Source: Dehalococcoidia bacterium
GTDB taxonomy: Bacteria; Chloroflexota; Dehalococcoidia; Lucifugimonadales; UBA3495
DNA length: 64,000 nucleotides
Assembly: GCA_965207275.1 (NCBI GenBank)
Contig: CBDBMH010000002.1
Location: 465,291 to 529,290 of the forward strand
Direction: 5' to 3'
Shown here in pieces: positions 1 through 9,509 of the stretch (positions are counted from its first letter, which is position 1; each line of letters begins with the position of its first letter). Under the pieces are notes generated by a model. It saw only the letters and a list, made by a program, of their open reading frames with translations, was not told the DNA's origin and did no database searches. A program made the position numbers and the translations under genes.

Positions 1-453
1 CTTGGTATCAGGCTAAGCGGAACTTAAGCCACTGTGGCCATCTCACCTTTGCCATTTTGTTTGGGCTGGCAATAACTTGGATGTGTGTACTCCACCCCCC
101 TGCCACCCTGCATAACACAGTCCTACCATAATTCCTGTGGCCCCAAACTTGTTATCAATTCACGCCCTCAAGAGCGGAGTAACAAGCCGCCCATTTGTCG
201 CCACTGCTGCCCGGGCGAGATATGGCAAATGGGTTGCCAACCGTTCATAAGGCCGCCATCAGCCCCCATCTCCAGATACAAAACGAAGGGAAATGGGTGG
301 AATTGGGCGGGTATAGGACGTTTTCCCCTTGGCCCGAATGTGAGAGGCGTGGCCCATGGGGCAGCATGGCAATAGCGAAAGCGGAGCGCATAACTGAATC
401 TATGCTAAAATACCCCCCAACTTTCCCCATTCCATCCCAACGGGAGGCGCGCT

Positions 454-1311
454 ATGGCCGGTAATCGGGTTACGGTAGGCAACGTCGAAATTACCTCCCT
501 GTCCGACGGCATTCTCGAGTTCGACCTGTGCAACTTTTTCCCCAACCACAAGTCCGATGAGGAGTGGCAGGGATACCGCCAGCACCTGGTGGACGGCCAC
601 AAGGTGCGCTTCAACCTGGCCTCCTACCTCATCCGCTCCGATGGCCGCACCATCCTGGTGGACACCGGCATGGGCGCCCGCCCCGAGGGAGAACCCGACA
701 TCCCCTGGGGCGAGTTGATGAACGACTTCCAGTCCCACGGTGTCCGCGCCGACGAGGTCGACATGGTGGTGATGACCCACCTGCACCGCGACCACGTGGG
801 CTGGAACCTGGCGCCCCCCGTCCAGGAGGGCGGCCAATACGCTCCCACCTTCCCCAATGCCCGTTACTGGTTCAGCACCAAGGACTGGGAGGCCTGCCAC
901 GACCCCGACGTCATGCCATCCCGCTTCCCCAACGCGCCCACCACCGTCTGGCCTCTGCAGGACCTGGGTCTCATCGAGTTCATGGACGGTGAGTACGTAC
1001 TCACTCCAGAGCTGACCGCCTTTCCTACCCCGGGCCACACCCCCGGCCACATGAGCATCATGGTCAACTCTCAAGGGGAAAGGGCCATCATCCTGGGCGA
1101 CGCCATCCACAACCAGGCCCAGGTCAATGAGCCTGATTGGGAGTCCCGGGCCGACATGGACCCCGAGCAGACCCGCATTACCCGCCGCAAGCTCATGGAC
1201 CGGCTTGAGACCGAGGATATCCTCGGCATAATCGGCCACTTCCCCTACCCCGGTTTCGGCAAAGTGGTCAGGGCCGACGGCCGCCGCTACTGGCAGGCCC
1301 TGTCCTTCTAA
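454..1311 (+). CDS. MBL-fold metallo-hydrolase (lactonase/beta-lactamase-like)
   Basis: 285-aa ORF with the HxHxDH zinc motif 'THLHRDHVGW', a later 'PGHTPGH' and 'GDAIH'. GGGAGG lies just upstream of the ATG. Confidence 0.85.
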   Translation: MAGNRVTVGNVEITSLSDGILEFDLCNFFPNHKSDEEWQGYRQHLVDGHKVRFNLASYLIRSDGRTILVDTGMGARPEGEPDIPWGELMNDFQSHGVRADEVDMVVMTHLHRDHVGWNLAPPVQEGGQYAPTFPNARYWFSTKDWEACHDPDVMPSRFPNAPTTVWPLQDLGLIEFMDGEYVLTPELTAFPTPGHTPGHMSIMVNSQGERAIILGDAIHNQAQVNEPDWESRADMDPEQTRITRRKLMDRLETEDILGIIGHFPYPGFGKVVRADGRRYWQALSF

Positions 1312-1360
1312 AGAAGTCCCTTCTCCCCTGGCAGGTGAGCGCCAGGACGGTGGTGAAAAA

Positions 1361-1403
1361 TCCCGTCCTTCTTGACGGGGGAGGGTTGGGATGGGGGTGA
1401 AGG
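1361..1403 (+). repeat. family-1 intergenic hairpin repeat (CCCTTCCCC-N-GGGGAAGG-yyGGGATGGGGGTGAA type)
   Basis: TCCCGTCCTTCTTGACGGGGGAGGGTTGGGATGGGGGTGAAGG. Confidence 0.8.
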
Positions 1404-1498
1404 TTCAGGTACTGTCCACTCCCACTCGCAAAAGCCTTTCTAACCCCGCTTTCGGAAACAGCTTCCGGGAGCGCTCAATCACTTACAGGTGAGAATCA

Positions 1499-2551
1499 AT
1501 GAAATTCGGCCTCTTCCATTCGGTCCAGTTGCCCGATCCCGCAAAGCAGAACCAGTACTACCGCGACGCCCTGGAGCAGGTGCTCTGGGCGGAGCAGCTG
1601 GGCTACGATTCGGTATGGATGACCGAGCATCACTTCTCCCGCCACGGTATCGTTTCCGCCTCCCTCACCGTGCTGGGCTACCTGGCCGGCCTCACCAGCT
1701 CCATCCGGCTGGCCACCGCCGTGACCGTCCTGCCCTTCCACAATCCCATCCAGCTTGCCGAGGAAGCCGCCACCGTTGACCTGCTCAGCAACGGCCGCCT
1801 GGACCTGGGGGTTGGCCGCGGCTACCAGTGGGGCGAGTTTCACAAGCTGAACATTCCCATGGACGAAGCCGACCGCCGCTTCCAGGAGTCCATGGACGTG
1901 ATGACCCGCGCCTGGACCACCGACGATCCCTTCGACCACCGGGGCGAGTTCTGGACATTCAACGAAATGACAGTCCTTCCCAAGCCGGTACAGGAACCCC
2001 ACCCGCCCCTGTGGGTTGCCGCTGCCAGCCCCGGCAGCATGGATCGCATCGCCCAGAATGGTTGGAACCTGCTGGTGGGTCAGGGCCTCACCTTCGACCA
2101 GGTGGGTGAACAGGTGGCCTATTTCGGAGGGGCAGTGGGCGAGACCGGCGAGGACTTTGACCCCTCCCGGGTCAAGGTGGCCCGGGCCATGTACACCGCT
2201 CCCACCAGGGCCCAGGCCCGTGAGGACGCGGAGGTACCCTTCATGTGGTTCAAGACCACCGGCGACGAGGTGGGCGCGCCTCCGGAACGCCGGGGTGAGT
2301 TGCTGCCGGAAAACTACCAGGCTTACCGCCGCCGCTTCGCCGCCGAGACCACCTTTGACTTCGACGACATGTCCGACAAGGTTATTCTCTTCGGAAGTCC
2401 TGATGACGTGGCCGAGCGTGTGGAGCGGATGAAGAAGTCCGGCGTCAAGAGCGTCATCTTCTTCACCAATTACGGCGGCATCGAAAGCCAGAAGGTAAAG
2501 GACTCCCTGGAACTCTTCGCCACCGAGGTAATGCCCCACTTCCAGGACTGA
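1499..2551 (+). CDS. LLM-class (luciferase-like) flavin/F420-dependent oxidoreductase
   Basis: 350-aa ORF. The N-terminus 'MKFGLF...LGYDSVWMTEHHFS' is typical of bacterial luciferase-like monooxygenases. The long antisense ORF is a GC shadow. Confidence 0.85.
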   Translation: MKFGLFHSVQLPDPAKQNQYYRDALEQVLWAEQLGYDSVWMTEHHFSRHGIVSASLTVLGYLAGLTSSIRLATAVTVLPFHNPIQLAEEAATVDLLSNGRLDLGVGRGYQWGEFHKLNIPMDEADRRFQESMDVMTRAWTTDDPFDHRGEFWTFNEMTVLPKPVQEPHPPLWVAAASPGSMDRIAQNGWNLLVGQGLTFDQVGEQVAYFGGAVGETGEDFDPSRVKVARAMYTAPTRAQAREDAEVPFMWFKTTGDEVGAPPERRGELLPENYQAYRRRFAAETTFDFDDMSDKVILFGSPDDVAERVERMKKSGVKSVIFFTNYGGIESQKVKDSLELFATEVMPHFQD

Positions 2552-2846
2552 GGCCCAGGCTTCCACGGCGGCGCACCCAAGTCAGCCTTCCACAACACCA
2601 ACGCCGCCATGCCCAGCCTCCACTTCAGCTGGACCTGCATCCTGACTTGTCTTTCGGAAAGTAAGGGGTCGTACCGATGCTTGGGCATTGGGCATTCGCT
2701 GCTGACACTGGCGGCCATCGTGGTCACGGGCAAACATTCCCTGGTGGATGCTCTGGTGGGGGTTACCTTGATTGGGGTGGCGGTTGGTTTGGTGAACACG
2801 GCAAAACGAATGGAAAACCGTTCGCCGCGTCCTGTAGGTTGATACC

Positions 2847-3287
2847 TCAGTCGTTTCTGGCCAATTCCTCATCTATCGGTGGAGGTTCATCAAACGGCAG
2901 GCCCTCCTCCTTGGCGGCCTGCATCCGGCCGTACCAAGCCTTCCACTCCTCTACCTCTTCAGTCGCTTTCCGAATCTTCTTGAGGCTTTCCTCCTTCATT
3001 CGCTGTTCCCTTTCTCTCAGCCACTGAGCCAGCATAACTCCCTCCAGAATAATGTAAGTGCTGGCCGCCATGTTAAGAATGCTGGCGGTCATGCCCTTTT
3101 GTACGTTTAATGTAATCTCTACCCCACCGATACCGCCATGCCTAGCGACCTCGTCCCATATCGTCAGTCCCAGGAAAGTGAAGTATTGCAGTACAAATAA
3201 GACAACATACCAGCGCCAAAGATGCCCGGGAACGCTCCACATCGACTGTCTGCTCCGGGAATTCGTCGCCCTGTCTTCTTGCACCAT
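2847..3287 (-). CDS. hypothetical protein: two predicted TM segments plus a charged coiled-coil C-terminus
   Basis: 146-aa ORF with hydrophobic stretches 'WYVVLFVLQYFTFLGLTIW' and 'ILNMAASTYIILEGVMLA' and a Glu/Lys-rich tail. The stretch is AT-richer than its surroundings, and a TATAAT lies upstream on the minus strand at 3316-3321. Confidence 0.5.
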   Translation of the reverse strand: MVQEDRATNSRSRQSMWSVPGHLWRWYVVLFVLQYFTFLGLTIWDEVARHGGIGGVEITLNVQKGMTASILNMAASTYIILEGVMLAQWLREREQRMKEESLKKIRKATEEVEEWKAWYGRMQAAKEEGLPFDEPPPIDEELARND

Positions 3288-3407
3288 AGCACCGCCCGTT
3301 CATGCTTGACAAGATTATAGGACCATCGGTGGGTTGTGCCGCTACTCCCTCCTGACAGTAGTTTTCCGAGGTAGTCTCAAGGAGATCGTGAAAGTTCGCG
3401 GTGCCAA

Positions 3408-4724
3408 TCAGGCCGGCGGTATCTGTCCCCAAAGGGGATGGCGGAAAGTGGGCGCCAGGGCGGGGTTCATATTCTCACGCCGGCGTGGGGGCGCCGCCAG
3501 TTCCTGGTCTTCCGTATGTGCCGCGAACCGCGACCGCCGGTAGGCGGCGGCCGGCTGCTTCCTTAGGGGCAGGCTGTTGAGGTGGCGCGCCAGGGATTCC
3601 AGGCTGTTCAGGTTGTGAACCGGCAGGAAGTCGTCCAGGTAAGGGAGCGCTGCCTGCATTCCCTGGGTCAGCGGCTGGTAATTGGGTGACCCCAGCAAAG
3701 GGTTCAACCAGATGAGTCGATGGCAACTGCGCTGCAGCCTCGACATTTCCCGGGACAGCAGTTCGGGTTCGCCCCGGTCCCAGCCGTCCGAAATAACCAG
3801 CACTACCGGTCCGTTGCCCAATGTCCGCCTTGCCCACCCGTAGTTGAAGGCCTTGACAGCCTCGCCGATGCGGGTGCCGCCGGCCCAGTCGGGCACGGCC
3901 CTGGCTACCTCGTTCACCGCCTGGTCAACGCCCCGGTGGTTCAGGTACCGGGTTATCCTTGTCAGACGGGTAGCAAACAGGAAGGCCTCAACCCGTCCCA
4001 GATCCCCGTCAATGGTGTGGATAAAGTGCAATAGCAGGCGGGTGTAACGCTCCATGGACCCGCTCACGTCGCATATCAGCACCAGGGGACGGGTCTTCTC
4101 TCTCGGCTGTCGGCGCGACAGGTCCAGCAGTTCTCCGCCGTACTTCAGGTTGTCGCGGAAGGTTCGCCGCCAGTCCAGGGCGTCACCGTCACCCACCTGG
4201 GTACGCCGCGTTCTGCGCTTCCCCAGGTCCCAGGACAGTTCCGACATCATGGAACGGGCCTGGGCAATTTCGCCGTGAGTATAGTCCGCGAAATCCTTGT
4301 GCCGCAGCACCTCCCGGGCGCTGTAGGTCTGGCTCATGTCTATGCCCGGCATTCCTTCGGGCATGTCTCCCACCGGGTCCCCACCTTCATCGTCTCCCGT
4401 GATTGGGGGGCCAACCTGGGGATTTCGGTACCGGCGCTCCTCTCCCATGCTGCGCAGGTCTCTGGTGCTGATGCCGTGGGCCGGCCGCCGCCAGAAAATC
4501 TGGAAGGCGTCGTCAAACAGGGGAAAGTCCTGCTTGCGATGGACCAGCAGGCAGCGGGCGGCGTGCCGGAAATCTTGTCTGCGCCCGATGGGAATGGTCT
4601 CGGTGGCCCGCACCAGGCCCATCATGTTGCCCGAGCCGAAGTCCAGCCCCAGCCGCCGCAGCGTCTCTCCGAAGAGCATCAGGTTATGAAGGATGTGACC
4701 TTCAGATTCCTGTTCAGCGGTCAT
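3408..4724 (-). CDS. VWA domain protein (CoxE-like partner of MoxR ATPase)
   Basis: 438-aa ORF with the MIDAS-type motif 'LICDVSGSM' and 'VISDGWDRG'. It sits 110 bp downstream of the MoxR-like ATPase on the same strand. Confidence 0.8.
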   Translation of the reverse strand: MTAEQESEGHILHNLMLFGETLRRLGLDFGSGNMMGLVRATETIPIGRRQDFRHAARCLLVHRKQDFPLFDDAFQIFWRRPAHGISTRDLRSMGEERRYRNPQVGPPITGDDEGGDPVGDMPEGMPGIDMSQTYSAREVLRHKDFADYTHGEIAQARSMMSELSWDLGKRRTRRTQVGDGDALDWRRTFRDNLKYGGELLDLSRRQPREKTRPLVLICDVSGSMERYTRLLLHFIHTIDGDLGRVEAFLFATRLTRITRYLNHRGVDQAVNEVARAVPDWAGGTRIGEAVKAFNYGWARRTLGNGPVVLVISDGWDRGEPELLSREMSRLQRSCHRLIWLNPLLGSPNYQPLTQGMQAALPYLDDFLPVHNLNSLESLARHLNSLPLRKQPAAAYRRSRFAAHTEDQELAAPPRRRENMNPALAPTFRHPLWGQIPPA

Positions 4725-4833
4725 GGCCTGGCAACTCTAGGAACGTATATATGGATAGCGGTGGGAAACCTGGGTTCGCCGCGTGAAACTAAGTAAGTCC
4801 TGTACATCCCGTGCTTCAATGCTTGAATCACTT

Positions 4834-5769
4834 CTAACCGCGCCGTCCACCCCGTCGGGGGCCCCGGTTCAGGGAGCGCTCCAGGATATTCCGCACCGGT
4901 TCGCCCCGCACCACCTCAATATCGTCCTGGTACTTCAGCATAATTCCCAGGGTATCGTCTATCACCTCGGCGTCCAGTTCCGTCTGGTTCAGGGCCAGCA
5001 GCGCTGATGTCCAGTCAATTGTCTCCGAAACGCCGGGTATTTTGTACAATTCCGTCTCCCGCAGTTCCTGTATGAAGCCCGTAACCTGCTGGGCCAATCT
5101 GCGGGGAGCGTCGGGCAGTTTGGCGCTGACTATCTGCAGTTCCTTCTGGTAGTCCGGGTAGTCTATCCAGTAGTACAGGCACCGGCGTTTCAGGGCGTCG
5201 TGTATCTCCCTTGTCCGGTTGGACGTGATGATGACGACGGGCGGGTGGGCGGCCCGGTACGTTCCCAGTTCCGGGATGGTTATCTGGAAGTCTGCCAGCA
5301 TCTCCAGCAGAAAACCCTCGAACTCCTCGTCAGCCCGGTCCAGTTCGTCGATGAGCAGCACCGGCGATTTTTCCCGGCTCTCGTCAATGGCCTGCAGCAG
5401 GGGCCGTTTGACCAGGAACCGTTCGCTGAACAGGTCGTCGGTTGCCGACTGCCGGTCAACGTCCCCTGCCGCTTCCAACAGCCGGATTTCCAGCATCTGG
5501 CGAGTATGGTTCCACTCGTAGACTGCATGGTTGACATCCAGCCCCTCGTAGCACTGCAGGCGGATTAGCTCGGTGTCCAGGCCCCTGGCCAGGGAGCGGG
5601 CGATTTCGGTCTTGCCCACCCCGGCCTCTCCTTCCAGGAACAGGGGGCGTTGCAGCGTCAATGCCAGGTAAATGGCTACGGCAAGGCCCCGGTCAGTGAC
5701 ATATTGCTGGTTGCGCAGCAGGTTCTGGACCTGATCTATGGATGTGGGCAGGGATTTAGTCGTCGTCAA
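4834..5769 (-). CDS. MoxR-like AAA+ ATPase (CoxD-like)
   Basis: 311-aa ORF with Walker A 'GEAGVGKTE' and Walker B 'VLLIDELDRA'. The start is TTG, with GGAGAG upstream. Confidence 0.85.
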   Translation of the reverse strand: MTTTKSLPTSIDQVQNLLRNQQYVTDRGLAVAIYLALTLQRPLFLEGEAGVGKTEIARSLARGLDTELIRLQCYEGLDVNHAVYEWNHTRQMLEIRLLEAAGDVDRQSATDDLFSERFLVKRPLLQAIDESREKSPVLLIDELDRADEEFEGFLLEMLADFQITIPELGTYRAAHPPVVIITSNRTREIHDALKRRCLYYWIDYPDYQKELQIVSAKLPDAPRRLAQQVTGFIQELRETELYKIPGVSETIDWTSALLALNQTELDAEVIDDTLGIMLKYQDDIEVVRGEPVRNILERSLNRGPRRGGRRG

Positions 5770-5868
5770 GGCAGGCTCTCCGGTAGGCAGGCAAGCGAAG
5801 TAGTGAAAACATCCACTTGCGGAATTTTTGATTTCGTTGACCTATTCTATCCCATCGGGTGTGCCAAT

Positions 5869-6525
5869 TCACCCAAGGATCCAGGTGGAGGGGGATGAGA
5901 ACTCTCCCGCGAAATAATCGCGGACCAGCACCCTTAACCTGGCCCAGTGGTCCCCCAAAGATTCCCTTTCCTCGTCGGAAAGCTGATTGTAGTATTTGCC
6001 CAGCATAGGAAAGCGCCACAGGGGAAACACCCAGAAACCCGGGGCATGGGGACCTGGCTCAGCCTCCCTGGCTATTTCGCCGCTGCTCCCTGTCAATTCC
6101 CAGGACTTCAGCGGCTTCCCCGAATTGGCAATAGCCAGGGCCTCTACCCAGGAGGCCTCCCGCTGTCTGCCGGTAGCATCGTCCAACAAGTGCAGCAGGC
6201 GGCGGCGGCGCTCATTGTCGTCGGCCGCCGGACCGGCAAAACGATGGGTATAGCGGCTTTCCCAGTTGGCCCCCAGGTAAGGCACCACCAGTCCGCCGTC
6301 AGTTGCAATAACCAGCATTCCCGCCAGCCGTGACCATTCCACCGCCTTTTCCATGGCGATGGCCTGGTGAGAGTCGGCGGTTTCGTCAGGGTCGGCGGTC
6401 AGGCCGAGATCAGCGGGGGTGACCGGACTCAAAGGCAACCCCTCCAGCAAAACCCGCAGAGAGCGCTGCTTGGCCGGATTGCCCGTGGCCAGCAGGATGG
6501 GAGTTGGGATGTTGGAATCGGCCAT
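5869..6525 (-). CDS. Ham1/RdgB-like non-canonical purine NTP pyrophosphatase (tentative)
   Basis: 'ILLATGNPAKQRSL' resembles the N-terminal 'ATGNxGK' signature of the Ham1 family. The start is taken at the internal 'MADSNIP', because the upstream extension is Arg/Gly-rich and not protein-like. Confidence 0.55.
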   Translation of the reverse strand: MADSNIPTPILLATGNPAKQRSLRVLLEGLPLSPVTPADLGLTADPDETADSHQAIAMEKAVEWSRLAGMLVIATDGGLVVPYLGANWESRYTHRFAGPAADDNERRRRLLHLLDDATGRQREASWVEALAIANSGKPLKSWELTGSSGEIAREAEPGPHAPGFWVFPLWRFPMLGKYYNQLSDEERESLGDHWARLRVLVRDYFAGEFSSPSTWILG

Positions 6526-6542
6526 TGGCGCGGAACGGTTGG

Positions 6543-7217
6543 CTAAAGGATGCGGGCCACAGCCCGGGCGGCTGCGCCGTCGCCGTCCTTCAGCTTGATG
6601 GGCAGCGCCCACAGTTCAAACTCACGGCCTACCAGCTGGTCCAGGTTAATCAGGTTTTCGATAAGGGGGATGCCCTGTCCCAGCAGCAGGCGGTGGACGG
6701 GAAAGTCGTGAATGGTGGATTGGGGCGTGGCCGGATGCTTGTCGATGGGGAAATCCACCGACACGGCATTGACGCCGTTGTCAGCCAGGTAGGCGGCTCC
6801 CTTAGTGCTGAGGTAAGGGCCCTGGGAATAGAACCTGAAAGCCCCGGATTCGGCGGCGGCCCACCCCGTAAACAGCACCACGATCTTGTCCTTCACCGCC
6901 TCGGGACTCCCTCCGGCATTCTGCAGGTCCTCCACCGAAATGGCTGTCAAACCCTTGGCCACCGCGCGCAGGTCCAGCAACAGCGCCGGCCCCATGTAAC
7001 GGTTCAGGGGCATATTCTCCACCGTAGTTCCGTCGGCGTGGAAGTGGTAGGGGGCGTCCACGTGGGTGCCGATGTGGGTGGCCAGGGTCAGCTTGGTATT
7101 GGACCGCGCGTGGGACTCGTGAGTATGCAGGGGCTCGGTGCAAACCCCAATCAATCCCGGCACCGGCACAACCCGGTCGCTGCCCAGGGTGAGTGTAAGG
7201 TCAATCAGCTCAGTCAA
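6543..7217 (-). CDS. cyclase-family protein (kynurenine-formamidase-like metal hydrolase)
   Basis: 224-aa ORF with 'HIGTHVDAPYHF', which matches the HxGTHxDxPxH cyclase-family motif. Confidence 0.8.
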   Translation of the reverse strand: MTELIDLTLTLGSDRVVPVPGLIGVCTEPLHTHESHARSNTKLTLATHIGTHVDAPYHFHADGTTVENMPLNRYMGPALLLDLRAVAKGLTAISVEDLQNAGGSPEAVKDKIVVLFTGWAAAESGAFRFYSQGPYLSTKGAAYLADNGVNAVSVDFPIDKHPATPQSTIHDFPVHRLLLGQGIPLIENLINLDQLVGREFELWALPIKLKDGDGAAARAVARIL

Positions 7218-7392
7218 ATCTTGTGTCCTCGTTCTTTTGGATCACTTCTTGGGTGGTGGAATTATCGGGGCCGGGGCAAAATATCTTGGACGTTCGCCCC
7301 AACTTTGTTTCCAGTTTGAAAGCTCGCAGCCACTCTTCTCCAAGCCTGCCAAAAACGGGCTTACCGATGCTCAATCAATGCGAAATTACGGA

Positions 7393-8151
7393 TTACTGGC
7401 GATGGGCCGGCGACCCGACGCACGCTTCAATGGCCGCTTCCCACTCATCCAAGTCAAAGAAGTGGGGGCCAGCCCCGCCGCGATAGGCCACCCGGCCGTC
7501 GGTTCCCATCAGGTAAAGCCGCTCCGGCGCCGCTCCGTAGGCTTCGTCAACCGCGTTGTCCATTTCCTCAATCAGGACGGGCAAACCAATGTGCAGGTCA
7601 ATACTGCAAGCCTGGGCCACGTCCTCCCGTTCCTCGTAGCTCCGGTGTTGGCGGAAAAGGACGCCTTCCTGGATATTGCTGTCCGTTTGCCATCCGTCAG
7701 TGGGGTGGGCCTCCTGGACATACACCACAAAGAACTCCACCCGGTCCTGGTACCGGTTAAAGACTTCCGTCATGCGCTCAGACTGGGCGCGGAAGGGCGG
7801 TCAAGTATAGCTCCCAAAGGCCAGGGCCACCGGCCGCTTGCCCCTGAATTCCGACAGGCGCACCCGCTCCTCAGATCCCAGTCGCTTCAGGTTAAAGTCG
7901 TCGGGAAATTCGCCAACCCTGGGCCCGGTCTCGTCCCGCGCCAAGGTGGCTTCCAGGGCCCGGCGGACTTCTTCCGGCAGTTCATCCTGCCAGCCTTCCA
8001 GGATTTGTCTGACCGTAATCCGACCCTCGGCCGCCGCAAGGTCGGGGCTGCCGCCCCTGGTTTCCTTGATGGCGCCAATTATCCGGCGCATTGTCTGCCG
8101 GTCAGCGTCGCTCAGCCCGCTGACTGCGCTGTCTCGCTGGGACTTCAGCAT
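7393..8151 (-). CDS. iodothyronine-deiodinase-like thioredoxin-fold protein, probable selenoprotein (in-frame UGA at 7801-7803)
   Basis: Track ORFs 7801..8265 and 7393..7773 are in the same frame and joined through TGA, giving '...RPVALAFGSYT-U-PPFRAQSERMTEVFNRYQDRVEFFVVYVQEAHPTDGWQ'. This matches the deiodinase active-site context FGSxT-U-PPF. A hairpin lies at 7764-7795, just 3' of the UGA. The start is placed at ATG 8151, preceded by GGGAGG. Confidence 0.7.
7764..7795 (-). promoter_or_regulatory. candidate bacterial SECIS hairpin
   Basis: mRNA reads UGA-CCGCC-[CUUCC GCGC (CCAGUCUGA) GCGC AUGAC GGAAG]. It has a 5-bp lower stem, a 5-nt 3' bulge, a 4-bp upper stem and a 9-nt loop containing GU. 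It starts 6 nt after the UGA. Confidence 0.45.
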
Positions 8152-8210
8152 AACGACCTCCCGGTATCCACTGGATCCGGTATCCACCGGATATGAAACC
8201 TCTGAACCAG

Positions 8211-8254
8211 TCCCTTCCCCTTTTGTTGGGGGAAGGTCAGGATGGGGTGAAAGC
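8211..8254 (+). repeat. family-1 repeat copy
   Basis: TCCCTTCCCCTTTTGTTGGGGGAAGGTCAGGATGGGGTGAAAGC. It lies in the non-coding 5' extension of track ORF 7801..8265. Confidence 0.8.
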
Positions 8255-8292
8255 GCGATGATCACTCTTTGCCTTGGATGGACGCTTCCGGC

Positions 8293-9399
8293 CTACTCCA
8301 CCTGCACGTCCACCGGGAACACCATGTTATTGCCATACCCCCGGCCGTCCCACTGGTTGGGGAACTCCATAGGCTGGGTCTCGCCCAGGTTGTTGGTGGC
8401 GCGGGACATCAACGTATGTCGCCCCGGTCCCTTCGGCCGCCACTGATACTGCCAACGGAACCAGGCGTAGGAGCTGGCGCGGGGCGCCAGGGTGGCCAGG
8501 TCCCAGGTCTTCCCGCCGTCGGTGCTGACCTCTACCTTCACCACCTCTTCCTCTCCCGACCAGGCGGCGCCGGCCAGGGTGTAGCCGCCCACCGGGACAG
8601 TCTCTCCGGGCGCCGGACTGGTGATGATGGACTTGACCTTCATCTTGGTATGGTAGGTGTAGTACTCCGGGCTGTCCGGGCCGTTCTGGGTCATGTACCG
8701 TTCCGACTGGTAAAAGCCGTCAAACTTCTTGTCCAGTACGTGGATGCCCACCAGCCATTTGACCGAGTTCATCCCGTACCAGCCCGGCACCACCAGCCGC
8801 AGCGGGTAGCCGTGGTTCAGGGGCAGCGGTTCGCCGTTCATCTCGTAGGCCAGCATGGTGTCGGGATGCAGAGCCTTGGCGATGGGCAGGCTGCGCTCGT
8901 AAGTAACTTCCGGGGGATCGCCCACCGTTTCGTCGGGACCGTGGTCGGCGCCCTCGAACATTACCTCCACGGCTGAGGCCTTGACGCCGGCCCGCGCCAG
9001 CAGGTCCTTCAGGGAAATGCCGGCCCACTCGGCGTTGCCCATAATGCCGTGGCCCTTGATCATTTCCATGACCGAACCCGTGCGGGTGGCCTTGGCCCAG
9101 TAGTCGGGCACCGGGCTGTTGCCGCAGCATTCAAATGTGACCTGGAAACGCTGTTGGGCCATTCCCAGGACCTCGTCGAAGGACAGGCTCAGGGGCGTTT
9201 CCACTTCGCCGTCCACCACCAGCCGGTAGGTATTGATGTCAATTTCGGGGCAGTCGGTCCAGTGGTTGCGGATATAGAACAGGTCGTTGGGAACTACTTC
9301 CTGCTGCAGGGCCTCGGGCGGCGCCGCCCAGGTGCGGTACCCGGCGTTGGTGGGAATCAGCTGGGGCTTGATCTCGGTTCGCAAGCTTCGGGTTGCCAT
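8293..9399 (-). CDS. sulfite-oxidase-family molybdopterin oxidoreductase
   Basis: 'LFYIRNHW' and 'TFECCGNSP' (Moco cysteine-ligand context), followed by a dimerisation-domain-like C-terminus. The start is taken at the second ATG (9399), which has a perfect AGGAGG 6 nt upstream. Confidence 0.8.
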   Translation of the reverse strand: MATRSLRTEIKPQLIPTNAGYRTWAAPPEALQQEVVPNDLFYIRNHWTDCPEIDINTYRLVVDGEVETPLSLSFDEVLGMAQQRFQVTFECCGNSPVPDYWAKATRTGSVMEMIKGHGIMGNAEWAGISLKDLLARAGVKASAVEVMFEGADHGPDETVGDPPEVTYERSLPIAKALHPDTMLAYEMNGEPLPLNHGYPLRLVVPGWYGMNSVKWLVGIHVLDKKFDGFYQSERYMTQNGPDSPEYYTYHTKMKVKSIITSPAPGETVPVGGYTLAGAAWSGEEEVVKVEVSTDGGKTWDLATLAPRASSYAWFRWQYQWRPKGPGRHTLMSRATNNLGETQPMEFPNQWDGRGYGNNMVFPVDVQVE

Positions 9400-9509
9400 T
9401 CTCGGCCTCCTGAAAGGGGGTTGCATGAGGTAGACCTGAACGCTGAAATCACAAACAGGCGGAGACTACTTGTGACTAATTTAACACAGAGTTAGCAGAA
9501 GTCGCAGAC

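Noticed and set aside
1-453. Gene entering from the left edge, or the small ORFs at 85..375, 195..464 and 245..430.
   Set aside because: I translated both strands by eye. All frames are interrupted, and the listed ORFs are Pro/Cys/Trp-rich with no SD or motif. I left the region unannotated, though it is less GC-rich than the flanks.
400-1239. 279-aa minus-strand ORF antisense to the MBL hydrolase. Similar long antisense ORFs occur at 1496..2566 (-), 7138..8196 (+), 30332..31648 (-), 39214..40251 (-), 48914..50257 (+) and 55019..57286 (-).
   Set aside because: They are typical high-GC shadow ORFs. They are Gly/Ala/Arg/Val/His-rich with no motifs or SD, and each fully overlaps a gene with clear family signatures on the other strand.
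2609-2842. 77-aa plus-strand ORF with two hydrophobic segments.
   Set aside because: It has no SD and overlaps competing ORFs in all frames, so the evidence is too weak to call. It could be a small membrane protein.
8152-8265. N-terminal extension of track ORF 7801..8265 ('MIIALSPHPDLPPTKGEGTGSE...').
   Set aside because: The extension is simply the translation of a family-1 intergenic repeat (8211-8254). A much better start (GGGAGG then ATG 8151) lies downstream.
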